Shown here piece by piece: positions 38,275 through 50,000 of a stretch of DNA of 64,000 nucleotides; the stretch's first letter is position 1; every line of letters begins with the position of its first letter. Below the pieces are notes generated by a model. It had not been told where the DNA came from, ran no database searches, and saw nothing but the letters and a program-made list of their open reading frames with translations. Source of the DNA: Utricularia gibba (taxonomy: Eukaryota; Plantae; Magnoliophyta); assembly GCA_002189035.1 (NCBI GenBank), contig NEEC01000007.1, forward strand, positions 1,116,001-1,180,000. Reading direction: 5' to 3'. Made by a program: the position numbers and the translations under genes.

Positions 38275-40194
38275 TCAGTGGTATCCTTTCTTGGCTGTAG
38301 ATTGGTACAGATCCAACCTCTTCTTCCCTTCGTAAGCCAATGCTTCCAACTCTTTATCCTGGGCGAGGATACTTTGCTTCGTCACCCATCCCAAATGCTC
38401 CATCACTGCTTCTTTAGCCATCTCTTCATTGTCTGGGACATGTATTGCAAGGTAACATAGCAATGTATAAGATGGAAATCGTACCATTTGGTCCCCAAAG
38501 TAGCCCAATTGCACTATATGTTGTACCGCTCCAGCCGCAAGGATGGATTTGCAGTGATTCACATGGAGGAAGTTTGCCGGGCAAGCAAATTTGTTCAAAG
38601 CATGTACTGCCTCGATTGTGAATTCGGGTTCTCTGTTGTCCAGAAGCTGCACCAGAGGAGCTATGAGCCTTGTCTCACTTGCCCGGAACGTTCTTGCTAA
38701 GTTCCCAATTGATCTGATGCTTGGAATGAGCAGATCTGGATCCTCTTTGTGTATGATTCCAAGAAATTGATCCACAACTGCCTTTGCAGCTGGGGAAGTT
38801 GGCTTAAAAGCCGACCGTCTCAATGATTCTTCTTGCTCTGCCACTGCTGTGATCTCCATTAAAGCCATGGCTGAATTGTACTTAACTTCATCAGGGCCCT
38901 TAACCAAAAGGACAGCGAAACAGAGAAGAGCTCTTGATTCTGTAATACTCCTGCAAATAACCAGGTTTCCTGCGCATAGAAAACGGAGTGCTCTTGCTGC
39001 CATAGCCTTCATTTCGGCCTTAGTCACTGGATCTTCGTATTTTCTCCCCTTGATGCTGCTGCCACTGAGGGCTACTTGATGCTTTGGATGATGATGCTGA
39101 GTTTGCACATTGTTTTGTGCATTCCCATTTGAGGATTTCATTCCCATAGTGTTTGTCACCAAGTTTTGCATTTGGCTAGTGGATGCAGTGTTTCCCATGG
39201 GATGCTTCACCTCACTGCTAAAATTCTTGTCCTCATCCTCATGGTGGAGTCCACCACCGGCAGGCTTGCTGGAATTCGCCATCACGATGGAGTGAATCGA
39301 CATGTTCTGCTTCGAAGCAATGTTGTATTTGCTGTGCTCCGGTATGGTCTCGAAGGCGATATGGCTGACAAGGAGCCGGATTGCGTTGTTCTGTGCAAAG
39401 TGATCCTGGCATTTCCGATGATGAGCAGCCATTTCGGAGATGGCCCAGGCCACCACAATCTGAACCTTCATGTGCCCTTCTTTGAGCATTTTGGCAAACA
39501 CTTGGCCAACACCAGCGTTTAGAATCTGCTCCACACTTTCAGGGTCTCTAGCAAGCAACCCAATGGCTCTGGCGGCATTCTCCTGCCCCTCCATTCGCCC
39601 TTCCTTGGCAAGCTTCAACAATGGCGGCACCCCACCTTCCTCAATAATCAATCTCCCGTATCTATCATTATCCCTAGCCAAGGACACAAGCTGAGCAGCC
39701 GCATCTGCACGCTCCTCAACACTCCCCACGGACAACGACGCAATCTGCTCCCAGATAATACACAAAATCGGTTCATTCTGCGCGATCGGAGGGAGGCCCA
39801 GATACTCATCGTCGCGATCATCCGCGGGGGCGGAAACACGGAGCAGCCACGAGACATCTCCGATGGAATTCTCAAGCTGAAGCGACATTCTCCGAAAATT
39901 GGCTGCAGGGATGATGGTGAAAAACTTCCACAGCCCATTGGCGCGGCACTTGAACACGAGAGACAGGGCCTTGTCGAGCACCTGCTGGGTCTCGTCGATA
40001 ATCCGGCGTGTGGGGCGTTCGTAGAGATCGTTGCTTGCACGCGCCGCCTGGCGGAGGAGCCCGACGAGTTTCTCTGTCTTCGCTTTGATCTCGAGGCACT
40101 CCTGGCGGAAGGAGATGGCGCCGTCGGCTAATTTGACGACCTCGTCGGCGTACTGAATCGGCTTGACGAGGATTTGCTTGACGACTTCTCCCAT
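38275..40194 (-). CDS. ARO: ARMADILLO REPEAT ONLY (ARO) family protein, intronless, 639 aa
   Basis: VKQILVKPIQ, SFRQECLE, LLRQAARASNDLYERPTRRII, LENSIGDVSWLLRVSA, EYLGLPPIA.NEPIL and ARM repeats, all matching the ARO family as recalled. Confidence 0.88.
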   Translation of the reverse strand: MGEVVKQILVKPIQYADEVVKLADGAISFRQECLEIKAKTEKLVGLLRQAARASNDLYERPTRRIIDETQQVLDKALSLVFKCRANGLWKFFTIIPAANFRRMSLQLENSIGDVSWLLRVSAPADDRDDEYLGLPPIAQNEPILCIIWEQIASLSVGSVEERADAAAQLVSLARDNDRYGRLIIEEGGVPPLLKLAKEGRMEGQENAARAIGLLARDPESVEQILNAGVGQVFAKMLKEGHMKVQIVVAWAISEMAAHHRKCQDHFAQNNAIRLLVSHIAFETIPEHSKYNIASKQNMSIHSIVMANSSKPAGGGLHHEDEDKNFSSEVKHPMGNTASTSQMQNLVTNTMGMKSSNGNAQNNVQTQHHHPKHQVALSGSSIKGRKYEDPVTKAEMKAMAARALRFLCAGNLVICRSITESRALLCFAVLLVKGPDEVKYNSAMALMEITAVAEQEESLRRSAFKPTSPAAKAVVDQFLGIIHKEDPDLLIPSIRSIGNLARTFRASETRLIAPLVQLLDNREPEFTIEAVHALNKFACPANFLHVNHCKSILAAGAVQHIVQLGYFGDQMVRFPSYTLLCYLAIHVPDNEEMAKEAVMEHLGWVTKQSILAQDKELEALAYEGKKRLDLYQSTAKKGYH

Positions 40195-40535
40195 GATCGA
40201 CGCCGCGCTGAGGAAACATCAGCAGCAGCATTCTACGACACAATGCGATGAATGCGAAGGGAACGGCCGCCCGAGGGTATAGCCACCCAGCGTATCGCAT
40301 TCATCTCCACCATTCTCGCCCGTGGGATCCACGCCCATGAATATCTTTTTCTTATTTATAAAAAAACAAGAAAAATAAAAGGTATACTTCTTCAATATAG
40401 CCGTTAATTAAAAAAAAAGGGATATTAAATATTAATAACATTTCAATTTTGTGGAATTAACTAAAATATAATGTATGCAGTGGTATTTTTTGTTACTCTA
40501 GTTGACGTTCGGTGACATACCATGGTTAGCCTGAT

Positions 40536-40546
40536 GTGGGGCCCAC
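40536..40546. promoter_or_regulatory. Palindromic class I TCP site GTGGGNCCCAC in the ARO / R3H-SUZ divergent promoter
   Basis: GTGGGGCCCAC lies within the longer inverted repeat GATGTGGG-G-CCCACATC. Confidence 0.55.
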
Positions 40547-40801
40547 ATCGTCACCCCCCGCGCTGCACGGCCCATTCCCCAACTATCTTGTCATTCAATT
40601 TACTCCTGTTTCTTGTCCAAATCCCAGGCCCCAGAGTCCCATAGTTTTCCTTGGCATTCTTGCCGGACGTGGATCAATTGGCCGCAATTGCTTGAACTGG
40701 GTCCTTTTATCCTGTCGGGCTTCATCTGAATTTGATGATTCTTTGTCTCTTCTTGTTTTTCGGCTCTGATTATCGTCTACCCATACGGTAGTAGGTTACA
40801 C

Positions 40802-42532
40802 ATGGATGGGTCTTCTACGGCGCCGTCGGCCGTGACCCAGGATGGCCCAGAATCTTGGGAGGCTGTTGACGTTGAGGCCAGTATGCGCCGCCTCTTGCTT
40901 TCGTCTAGGAAGGACACTAAGGATGAGCCGGATGCCGCTGCCGGCTCCGATACCGCTGGTGAACCCTCAACTACAGTTTCCGAACCAGCGGATGATTTGA
41001 TCCAACACCGTGGAGCAGTTTCTGCGTGAAGCGATTCAGAATCCCCGGGAACGTGTCTCTGGTAGGTATTCTTGACTCCCCTTTTTCTTCCTCATTCTTC
41101 GTGGCTCCCGCAAGTTGTACGCTTAGGGTTCTTTCTTTGCATGATCCTGGGTTGCTGCGCACCTTGTATGTCAACTGGTTTTGAAGAAAGTAATGATGTT
41201 TGTATCCTTCTTTCAGTTCTGAGACTAGAGCAGGATGTTGAGATGTTCATACGGGATCCCACCAGGGAGGTGATGGAATTCCAACAACTGCCCACTTCCT
41301 ACCTGCGGCTAGCTGCTCATCGCGTGGCCCAGCATTACTCCCTGCAATCCATGGTTTTGATGGATAATTATATGTCTGATGGTTCTGGATCAAGAATCAT
41401 TGTCCAAAAGCCTTCAAGTATCAAGCTTCCTTTGATTCGTCTTGCAGACATTCCGGCAAATTTCCCTTCTGAGGACACAGGTGCCATTAAAGTTGCAATC
41501 AAGCAGAGGCAACAAAAAGGAACAGACAGTAGCATCTCTTCCAGCTCACTCCCTTTGAGATCCAATAGTTTGAAGAGTGTTGAGGAAAGAAAAGAAGAGT
41601 ACGATAGGGCTCGGGCAAGAATATTTAACTCCAGCAACTCATCTGAGGGATCCTCTGGGAAACAGGAAGGTGATCCCAGGGATCAAGATAGTATCCACCA
41701 TGATTCATCGGTTAAGAAGAAGGAAGATGGGAAAACTCTTACTTGTGCTTCCAACTTGACTGCTACTGCAAGTGTGCCTGAATCTTCTTCTTCAGGCAGC
41801 AGAATAACTGGACACCAGGTGGAAAAGGATTCCATTAGAAGGCCAAAGACGAATATTAGAGTTGCTATCTTTCGTGATCATGAAGTCGACCGGAAAGATC
41901 CCGATTACAGCAGGACATATGATAGGTGCGTGATGCTTTATCTCCAATTTGTTGGTGACTGATCTCCAACTTCACCATGCTAATACTTCAAGATTTCGTA
42001 GATACATGCAGAGATTTGATCCAGGTTTTGGTTTCAATGGTGGAGCCTATACCATTCAGCCTCTCTATGCACCTGTGTTCAACTACAATACCGAGTTTCC
42101 GCAGCTTGTTTCAAATCACAGCCCCCAATTTCGTCTGAACACCAACATCCACCTCTTCCGCATCACCTGCCGGGAACATGGGTTTCGCCATCTGCTCTCA
42201 ATGGCATTGTGTATGGCCCTGCTGAAACCATGCTGCCTTCATTCAGTTCTGGCCATGTAAATGCACACTCCAACTCTGGTCCGCACATGAGTTCTACTCA
42301 GTACCCTCCTCAGCAGTCTGGAATGCCTCAGTATATCCACCCTCCCGATCCAATTCATCGGCCATTTACCCAGGCAAGAGGTTTTCCACTTTCCTTTGGC
42401 TGCCGTTATCAGCAATGTTACACAACTTTAAACCTGGAAGGGGCTGATATGAAAAACGTCAACCTTTTTTTGGATCTGTAGTCTCACCAGGCGCAACCTG
42501 GGATGAGTTATGGATTAGCCCGGCCCCGATAA
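40802..42532 (+). CDS. R3H and SUZ domain RNA-binding protein; two single-base frameshifts in this sequence
   Basis: ESWE, (N)TVEQFLREAIQNPRER, LRLEQDVE, R3H motif SYLRLAAHRVAQHY, SUZ motif KSVEERKEEYDRARARIF, DRKDPDYSR and C-terminal GLARPR*. Frame changes occur at ~41002 and ~42127. Confidence 0.85.
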
Positions 42533-43138
42533 GGGAATCGGGCATGCCTGCACCACCCTAGCAGTAACTTCTCAGAACTTGGGTTGGTTCCCTGTGCTAG
42601 GGCAGCGTGTTTGACCCAGTTAAATGAGGTGCAGGCATCAGAACTGGGAAGAGCAGTGAGAAAGATGTGCTTGGTCTTCATTACTCACTGCCCATTCAGT
42701 AAGTCTCTACGTCTTAGGTAGCTCTGTTGCAAGACAGTCTTACTGCAATATCTCAAGCGTCCTTAGCTCTCTCATCTTACTCATCCTGTGCTTGCAGTCA
42801 TGACGATGACGACAAAGAACTCCCCAGATGAGGAAATCAGGGGAGTTTGCACACAATGTTTACAGGTTGGGCTAGGTATGCCTTGTTAATCATGTTATTT
42901 TTTGTTGCCAGAAAGCTTCGAAGTTCTCATTTGGTTCAGCCCCTGGTGTCTTTGCAGATCCATACTGAGCTGCAAAAACGTTGGATGATGCGCCATGAGA
43001 ATGATTTTACTTGAATTACCTTCTCAAAACAAAACAAGGCTGAATAAGCAAATGTTTCTCTCCTCTGCTCTAAAGCAAAATGTCCAGTAGCAGCTGTGCC
43101 TTCCAGGCGATAAACTAGTTCTCCAGGTTTTCAGGAAG

Positions 43139-45774
43139 CTAGGAATCCACATCTAGCTTTTTATCGACGCTTGAGAATGTTTGATAAAATGCCTTGAAGA
43201 GACGGTAAGCAATGTCTACGTCCTCCTTTCCGCATATTTCCCTCACGCTGCGTGTACAAGAGGAAGGACAACTTGTAAGTAGTGGGGCATGATGCATTCA
43301 CATACGTGGGGGAAGAAGCATTTGGAGATGACGAATTGGGGTGTTAGAAAGCGCAAACCTGTGCATTGACAGCTGAGGAATGCCACAGTCGACCGTACGG
43401 ATACCGACTCCTGAAGCAAGTATGGGGCCGATAGTGGATCCACACCCCATGTCGTTTCTAACCACAAATTCCTGGAAAAGATACACATATCAAGAAACCA
43501 ACCCACTGACAGGCAGTGCAACGGATTATTTCATTATATGCATTGCTCAACTTGTGATCACCTGGATTGTAAGATCGTGGATTTTGGCAATTTCTTTGAA
43601 GAGGAAGGATGTTATTCCACTTGTGGCGTAACGTTGGTTAGCGTTATGCTTTATCACAAGCCCCTTTTGCAACATGGGCCGATGCTTTTCCTCATGTTTG
43701 TCCATGTAATTGGGGTGAACACCATGAGCCATGTCAGCGGACACTGCACAGGATATCTTATATAGTGAACATCGTGTAACTTGTTCACCAGTGATTTACC
43801 TGTTGAGATTAACATACCGAGGAAAGAGTTGCGAATCGCTTGAGAGAAACCACATTCCCTGACAGGGTGTGGACTTAAAGAAGAACTTATGCGTCTTATG
43901 GCCTCAAACATCGTTGGTGCTCCTGCTCCCTGATATGATGCTGACCCAACCTGGAAAAGCAGGAATGTTGAGCGAACGATATGAAAGTTGAAAAGGAAGA
44001 AAGCATGGGTTCTGCAAAAGGTCAGATGAATTTAGACTACGAGAAAAATGGTTGGAGGCATTTTTATTCAAGTGAATCCTCAGCAGGGTGATAAACATAG
44101 TGACTGAACTAAGTGATAGTCCTGCATGGTTGCTGCCCTAGCGAATCAATACTTCAGAGGTTACCTCTTCGTTGTCAAATAAAGCAACCATTCTGATGGA
44201 ATCCTCATTCTCCAAACCTTCAGATGAGGCACAAGAGTCAATAAGCGCTTTCAGCGCGCAAAAACTAGAAGCCAGATTGTCCAATCTTCCAGAGAATATG
44301 AACTCCTCGTTTGCACCTCCAAGGCAGCTGGGTTGAGTGTCACAGACATTTAATTCAATGTCAGCAATATCTTGAACCTTACACCCGATTTCGTTGGCCA
44401 GTATCTGACCAATCATACACAAGTTCTTAAAGGTTTCGTTGAAATTTTTGCAATTACTACGTGATATATTAGATGGAACCACAAAAAACCTGCATCAGCA
44501 ATGGATGGTGAGCCTCTTCCTGAGGAGATTCGCTGTCAATATCGACTGTCTTGGATGATACCTTTTCAGGACCTGTTGCGAGAAGAGGAATGAGATGGCT
44601 CTCAAAGTTTGGCTTGAACCCATCTGTATTTGCTGTTCTAACAATTAGAAACAAAAGAAGGTATAAGCATCCCGAAACCAGATGAAAATCCCCAGTGAAA
44701 TTAAAGTGCTAATGCAAAGCGTGAATTGGCACAAAAAATGACATTCAGCTGGTGAAGATAAAAAAGCAAAAATCTTCAATTATCTGGAATATAAACCTGT
44801 CGAGATGAATAGCAAGAGTCGGCACTCGCAACAAAGGTCTCTCTATCTTGACCAAGCTGTGTGAAAAAGAGCCGTCATCACGTCTAACGATAACCCTACC
44901 AGCCAAACTGAGGTCTCTGTCGAACCAAGTATGCCATAAACCAGCACCATATGCTTGTACACCGACCATGAGATAGCCACCCTTCGATGTAGAAGACTTC
45001 GGCTTCAGTTTGAGACACGGGCTATCAGTATGGGCAGCTATCACATGGAAACCATTGCCACTTGCATATCTGCATATGGGTGGTTTTTCAAACAACCAGC
45101 AATCGCAACAAATCAAAGTAATTGATTAGTTTGTTGCAGGTAGTAACAAGCAGAATGACCGTATTAACCTTTCTCCTACAGTAAAGGCAACTAGGGATGA
45201 CATGTTACGCGTGAAGAAATAACGACCTCCAGCCTTCAGATTCCACTCTTCATTCTCATTTAGAAGGTCAAAACCGGAAGCAATAAGTTGTCGTTTCGCT
45301 TCAGCTGGTGGAGACATTGTGAAAGAAAAGAACATCAAACACAGATAAAATGCAATGCCAGCAAAATGTAGTACGATCATTTCATCAACGCCCCAAAATG
45401 AAATAGCATCATGAAACATCACACCCGGTACCAGTAGCATGAAACTGCGTCCAAGACTCATTAAGATAATCCAGAAGATCGGGAACTATTGTCTGGCACG
45501 CTTCCGTACTTGAGCTATCATTCTGTAACCAGCGACTCAATCCTTCAGTTCCAAATTTGAAAAAATTTACCATCGGCAAATATCACAATACCGTGGTATC
45601 ACACCGAGCAGGTGAAACATTGCTAAAGTTGCGGCGTTCGCCCCCGCAGCTTAGCCGGCGATTGAACTTCCTATTAACGCCAGTAGATAAAAATCGCGGA
45701 AAATTCCAAAGCATCGAAGAAGACTCGAGCAGTGGCGACGGCTTCAGATAACACACCCGAAAAGTGGCCGCCAT
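43139..45774 (-). CDS. Aspartyl aminopeptidase (peptidase M18) with plastid transit peptide, multi-exon
   Basis: [90 protein letters not shown] and QLSMHSVRE. Confidence 0.95.
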
Positions 45775-46435
45775 CAACCTCCGCCGAATTGAGAGAGGAG
45801 GATTGAAGATAAAGAAACGCAATTTATTTCTGACTCAGATTTCTTCTTATTTACATTTCTGGAATGGAATCGAGTTTGCTTAAAATTTTATTAAAAATAT
45901 AAGTTTTTTTAATAATTTTCAATTGTACGTCAACAAAAAAAATTATAAAACTTGAATATTTTCTAATTTCTGAGGTTATTAATATTTTTAATTATATTTT
46001 ATATAATTTATGTACATAAAAATATATAGTTCATTTTAAAATGATAAATGTGTCTGTGTTTTGTATTAATTTTCTATGTTTATTATAAAAAATGTTTCAA
46101 AATATAATATTAGGTGGGAAGAAGTTGACTAAATTGACCTTGGAGGAGTCCGTAAATATACTTCCTAGTTTACCCAATATAAGGTTAAGGAGTGGGGGTA
46201 CGTATGTAAATATTAATTACAGCTAAAATTAATTACAACACGTTTTTTTCTCTCTGCTCGCTCGTTGGTATTCTCTCTCTAAGTTCTTCCCCACAGGCCC
46301 ACCCCATTGGCTGTCTTGCTGATCCGGCGATCGATGAATGCAGGCCTGTCTGTTGGCTCTTCTTTGAGATATCCTGATTTAGATGTGCTGGTACGTTTAG
46401 AATTCTTCGAATTTCGATGTAATACAGTTTTCGAT

Positions 46436-46469
46436 AAACCCTAATTTTGAATGAGCATGAATAGGGTTT
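46436..46469. promoter_or_regulatory. Two telo-boxes in inverted orientation in the leader region of the ADA3-like gene
   Basis: AAACCCTA at 46436-43 and TAGGGTTT at 46462-69. Confidence 0.5.
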
Positions 46470-47088
46470 TGATCTGCTGGGAACGTTGTTTCCTGACGTT
46501 TGTTTCTTTTGTTTTAATACTGAGGTGGTTAATGGCTCCAGTTGGTGTCAAATTGTTGGTAAATTGTGCTTGTAACTAGTTTTCGGCTGGGCCCGAAATA
46601 TTCACCTTCAAAAAGTTGTAATATGTTAGTCGGTGTTTCCTGCTTCAGTTTTGACGCTTAAGGGATTGGGGATCTTTTACTTCTATCAAAATCTGTCGAG
46701 TTGGAAATTTATGTGGCAGAAGTGTAAGTGTAAGTCTGTGATATTAGTCTTGGATAGTTTCTTCATTCTGCTTGCTGTTCCTTCCATATTATCTATAGTG
46801 AAGTGGATATGGCAGGTATTAACTGACAAGTTTTGGCAATTCAACAGAATTTCATCTCAAGATGAGCTGCTCTTACATTGTCGTTCTGATTTTCGTTTAC
46901 ACTTTCCCTTTTTGGAATGGGATACCCCGTTCAATATATTATTAATTTTTTTTCATATGGTTTAATCTATCATGATTACCTTGTGAGTTAATGCTTGTTT
47001 TTATTGAAGTTTCAGATTATTGGCCACATTTGTCAAGGAAAACAAATAGGGCATCTTCTTTCCAAGAAATGCAATCTCCATCCTTGTA

Positions 47089-50000
47089 ATGGAAGGAAGT
47101 GCGAGATACGAGTTGACTTCAGGAAGCCCTGACTCAAACTTTACCGGGAACTATCAAAATGGGCAGAGAGGTTACTCTGGTCCTGCCCTCGGAAAGTCTT
47201 CGAGTTTCAGAGAGTGTTCTGAAACCAGGAAATTTGGATCGTCCAAAATAAATTCGAGAGCAAGTGGTAACGCATGCCAAGATGTGCCTATACTGTTGCA
47301 GTGTCTGATGTTGGAGCCAATATCCATTGGTGATTCAAAATTCATACGCCCTGGTGACCTAAAGAGAGTCTTTGGTTCTTCTGCTGGAAGCAATTCAGAA
47401 GATAATTCCTTCGGTTCTGCACATGTCAGGAATTCTCCTCCCATGTCTGTTGAGGAATTGAAGCGTTTTAGAGCCAATGTTGCCGATACTTGTGTTAAAG
47501 CCAGGTATTTTTTACCTGTTGACGGTAGTTTTTACTTTTCAAAGCATCGACAACCCATACAAGTTATTGATAAAGGTAGATTATTATGTTTATCGTACTT
47601 TTAGTGAGACTAAAATTCTGCATTATTTTTTTCCAGTGGTAGAGCAAAAAATTTGGATGAGCGGTTGAGTAAGTTGAACAAGTATTTTGATACCTTACCG
47701 TTGAAGAAGCAGCCTTTTCGAGGTGATATGTTGTCCAATGAACGATCCACTAGTTCAATTTTGAAAATTGGATCACAAACACACCGCAATCCTCTGGAAG
47801 CAAATCCAAGGTTTGATGATCGCACGAGAAACATTGGCCTCAGCAAGCGTGTGCGCACATCAATTACAGAAAATCGGGTTCGTACATTATGTGTTGTTAT
47901 CCATATTGCATTTATTGTTTGAGCATTTTGTGATAGCTGCACTTGCTTTGGCACATAAGTACCCTTTGAGCTTTGATTTAGTTGCATTTAATATTGATTA
48001 GGAAGTTTGTACGAAAAAGGTGCTTCTTCTGCAGATATTATACGTATAACATTCTGCATGTGCTAAATTATGCATTTTGATTATGTATTGGGTCGCCTTT
48101 TGGGTGCTTGCGTCGTGAAATATTAGGTAAGTTAATGAGGTATGGAAATCTTATCAAATAGTTTAGAGTGGATGTCATACATTATTGTTCATGGCCTTCT
48201 GCTGCGAGTTCTCATCAATGAAGTCCCGTTTTTTTGGCAAATAAATGAAATTCGTATTTTCAAGTGAGCCATGCATGTATTCGTAAAACAATGATTTATG
48301 TGTGAGTCAGCTTGAAAGAAACTTGCATGCTCAAATGAATCTAAGTTTATAGAAGTCCATATGTGCAACTGTAGCCCTTATTTTTTGTTTTTTTATCTGT
48401 GTTCCACTTTCTTTACACAAGGTTGTGAATGCTTTCTTAATATGTTTTATTAGTACCTTTTGTAAAACACTCTTAAGCGTTTACCTTTTTTCAGGGAGAA
48501 TGCAGGAACAACGGCATACTTCGACAACCTCCTATGCTGACAAAAGATAGGGAGATGGTTAAGGATAATAATGTGGATTGTGATGTGGGTGAGGAAAAAT
48601 TAAGGAGATTGCCTGCTGGTGGAGAAGGATGGGACAAAAATATGAAAAGGAAACGCTCTGTTGGTGCTGTCTTTTCAAGGTCTGTTGAAAACGATGGTGA
48701 ACTGAAGCGAGCTGTTCTCAGTAAACCTAGCAGCGAATCTAGCCTGCAGTCAAGTGATTCCACGCATATGTTTAGGTAAGTTAATGTATTATAATAGCAG
48801 GGGTGGCATGATATCTAGTTGTAGGTTTTTACCATTTTTTCTTTTTTATGATTGATCTGCTGCATGTCTGGGTTACAGATGGCTTGTAAACTGTATTCAA
48901 TTTAATGTGTTTGTTGATGGCCCGTATTGTTTCACAGCATCCGTTATAAGTTGAATAATATGTTTTTTTTGTTCGGTTGCTGATTCTATGGGAACCTGTT
49001 GTAATTCTATTATCTGGGTGAAATTATGTAAAAGTGGGATGTTTCTCACTTAGCCCACTAACGAATCTTGGATGCCTTTTTTCTATGAATTCTGACTGCT
49101 TTTATTCTTCAAAACATTGAAAGATCTGTAGCTTCTGGTGGGAGCAACAAATTGGAGCCTTTGGCACCACCAACTGGATCTGCTACCCGGGTTACCTTCA
49201 AAACAGACCAAGAAAAGCCAATTTTCTCTAGAGACCCTTCCATTGGACAAATAAAGGAGAGGCCAACGGGGAAAGTTAACATTAAGTATGTCCATCGTGA
49301 TCTCTTGGGTGCTTTTTTTTTAGAGTTATCCTATGTTATCCTTTTTCAAGTGCATGTCTATTAAGAAGATAAATGATTTTTTGTTGTTGCCACCTTGTCA
49401 CTTATTTTAGGCTAAATCGTGAGGAAAACCATGCAATGTGTCCTACTCCACTTGTTAAGGGGAAAGCTTCGAGAGGGCCAAGAAGCGGGTCACTTACTGC
49501 CACAAATTCATCTGCTACTGTCCCTCGTTTATCTGGAACCTTGGAAAGCTGGGAGCAGCCTCAATCTACAATGAAGGCATCACCCATTAGTGGTGTTACA
49601 AGCCGCAAACGTGGCATGAACGCAGGATCCCCTTCACCACCATTCACTCCATGGGGCAGTCAGAGGCCCCAAAAAATGTCACGAACACGGAGAACCAACC
49701 TGGGCCCTGTTTCAAACCAAGATGAATTGCCAACGCAATCTGATGGTTGTTTTACTTCAGACATTGGTCCTCGGATAAGCATTGGAGTTGGGACTAATGC
49801 TTCTCTTTTCCCCAAGAATTGTGATAATGCTAACCAAATTTTAAAAATAAAATCTGAAAATGTGCCATCTCCTGCAAGACACTCTGAAAGTGATGAGTCT
49901 GGTGTTTGTGAGAACAGAAGTTTGGATAAAAGTTTAGGTGGTAGGGATCTGGACGAAAGGACTGCAAATCCTGCTCACTGTATTGGCCCATATTCAGTCT

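Noticed and set aside
40541-40550. GCCCACATCG, resembling the plant snRNA upstream sequence element (RTCCCACATCG)
   Set aside because: There is no TATA box at the expected spacing and no recognisable snRNA downstream. A TCP palindrome explains it better.
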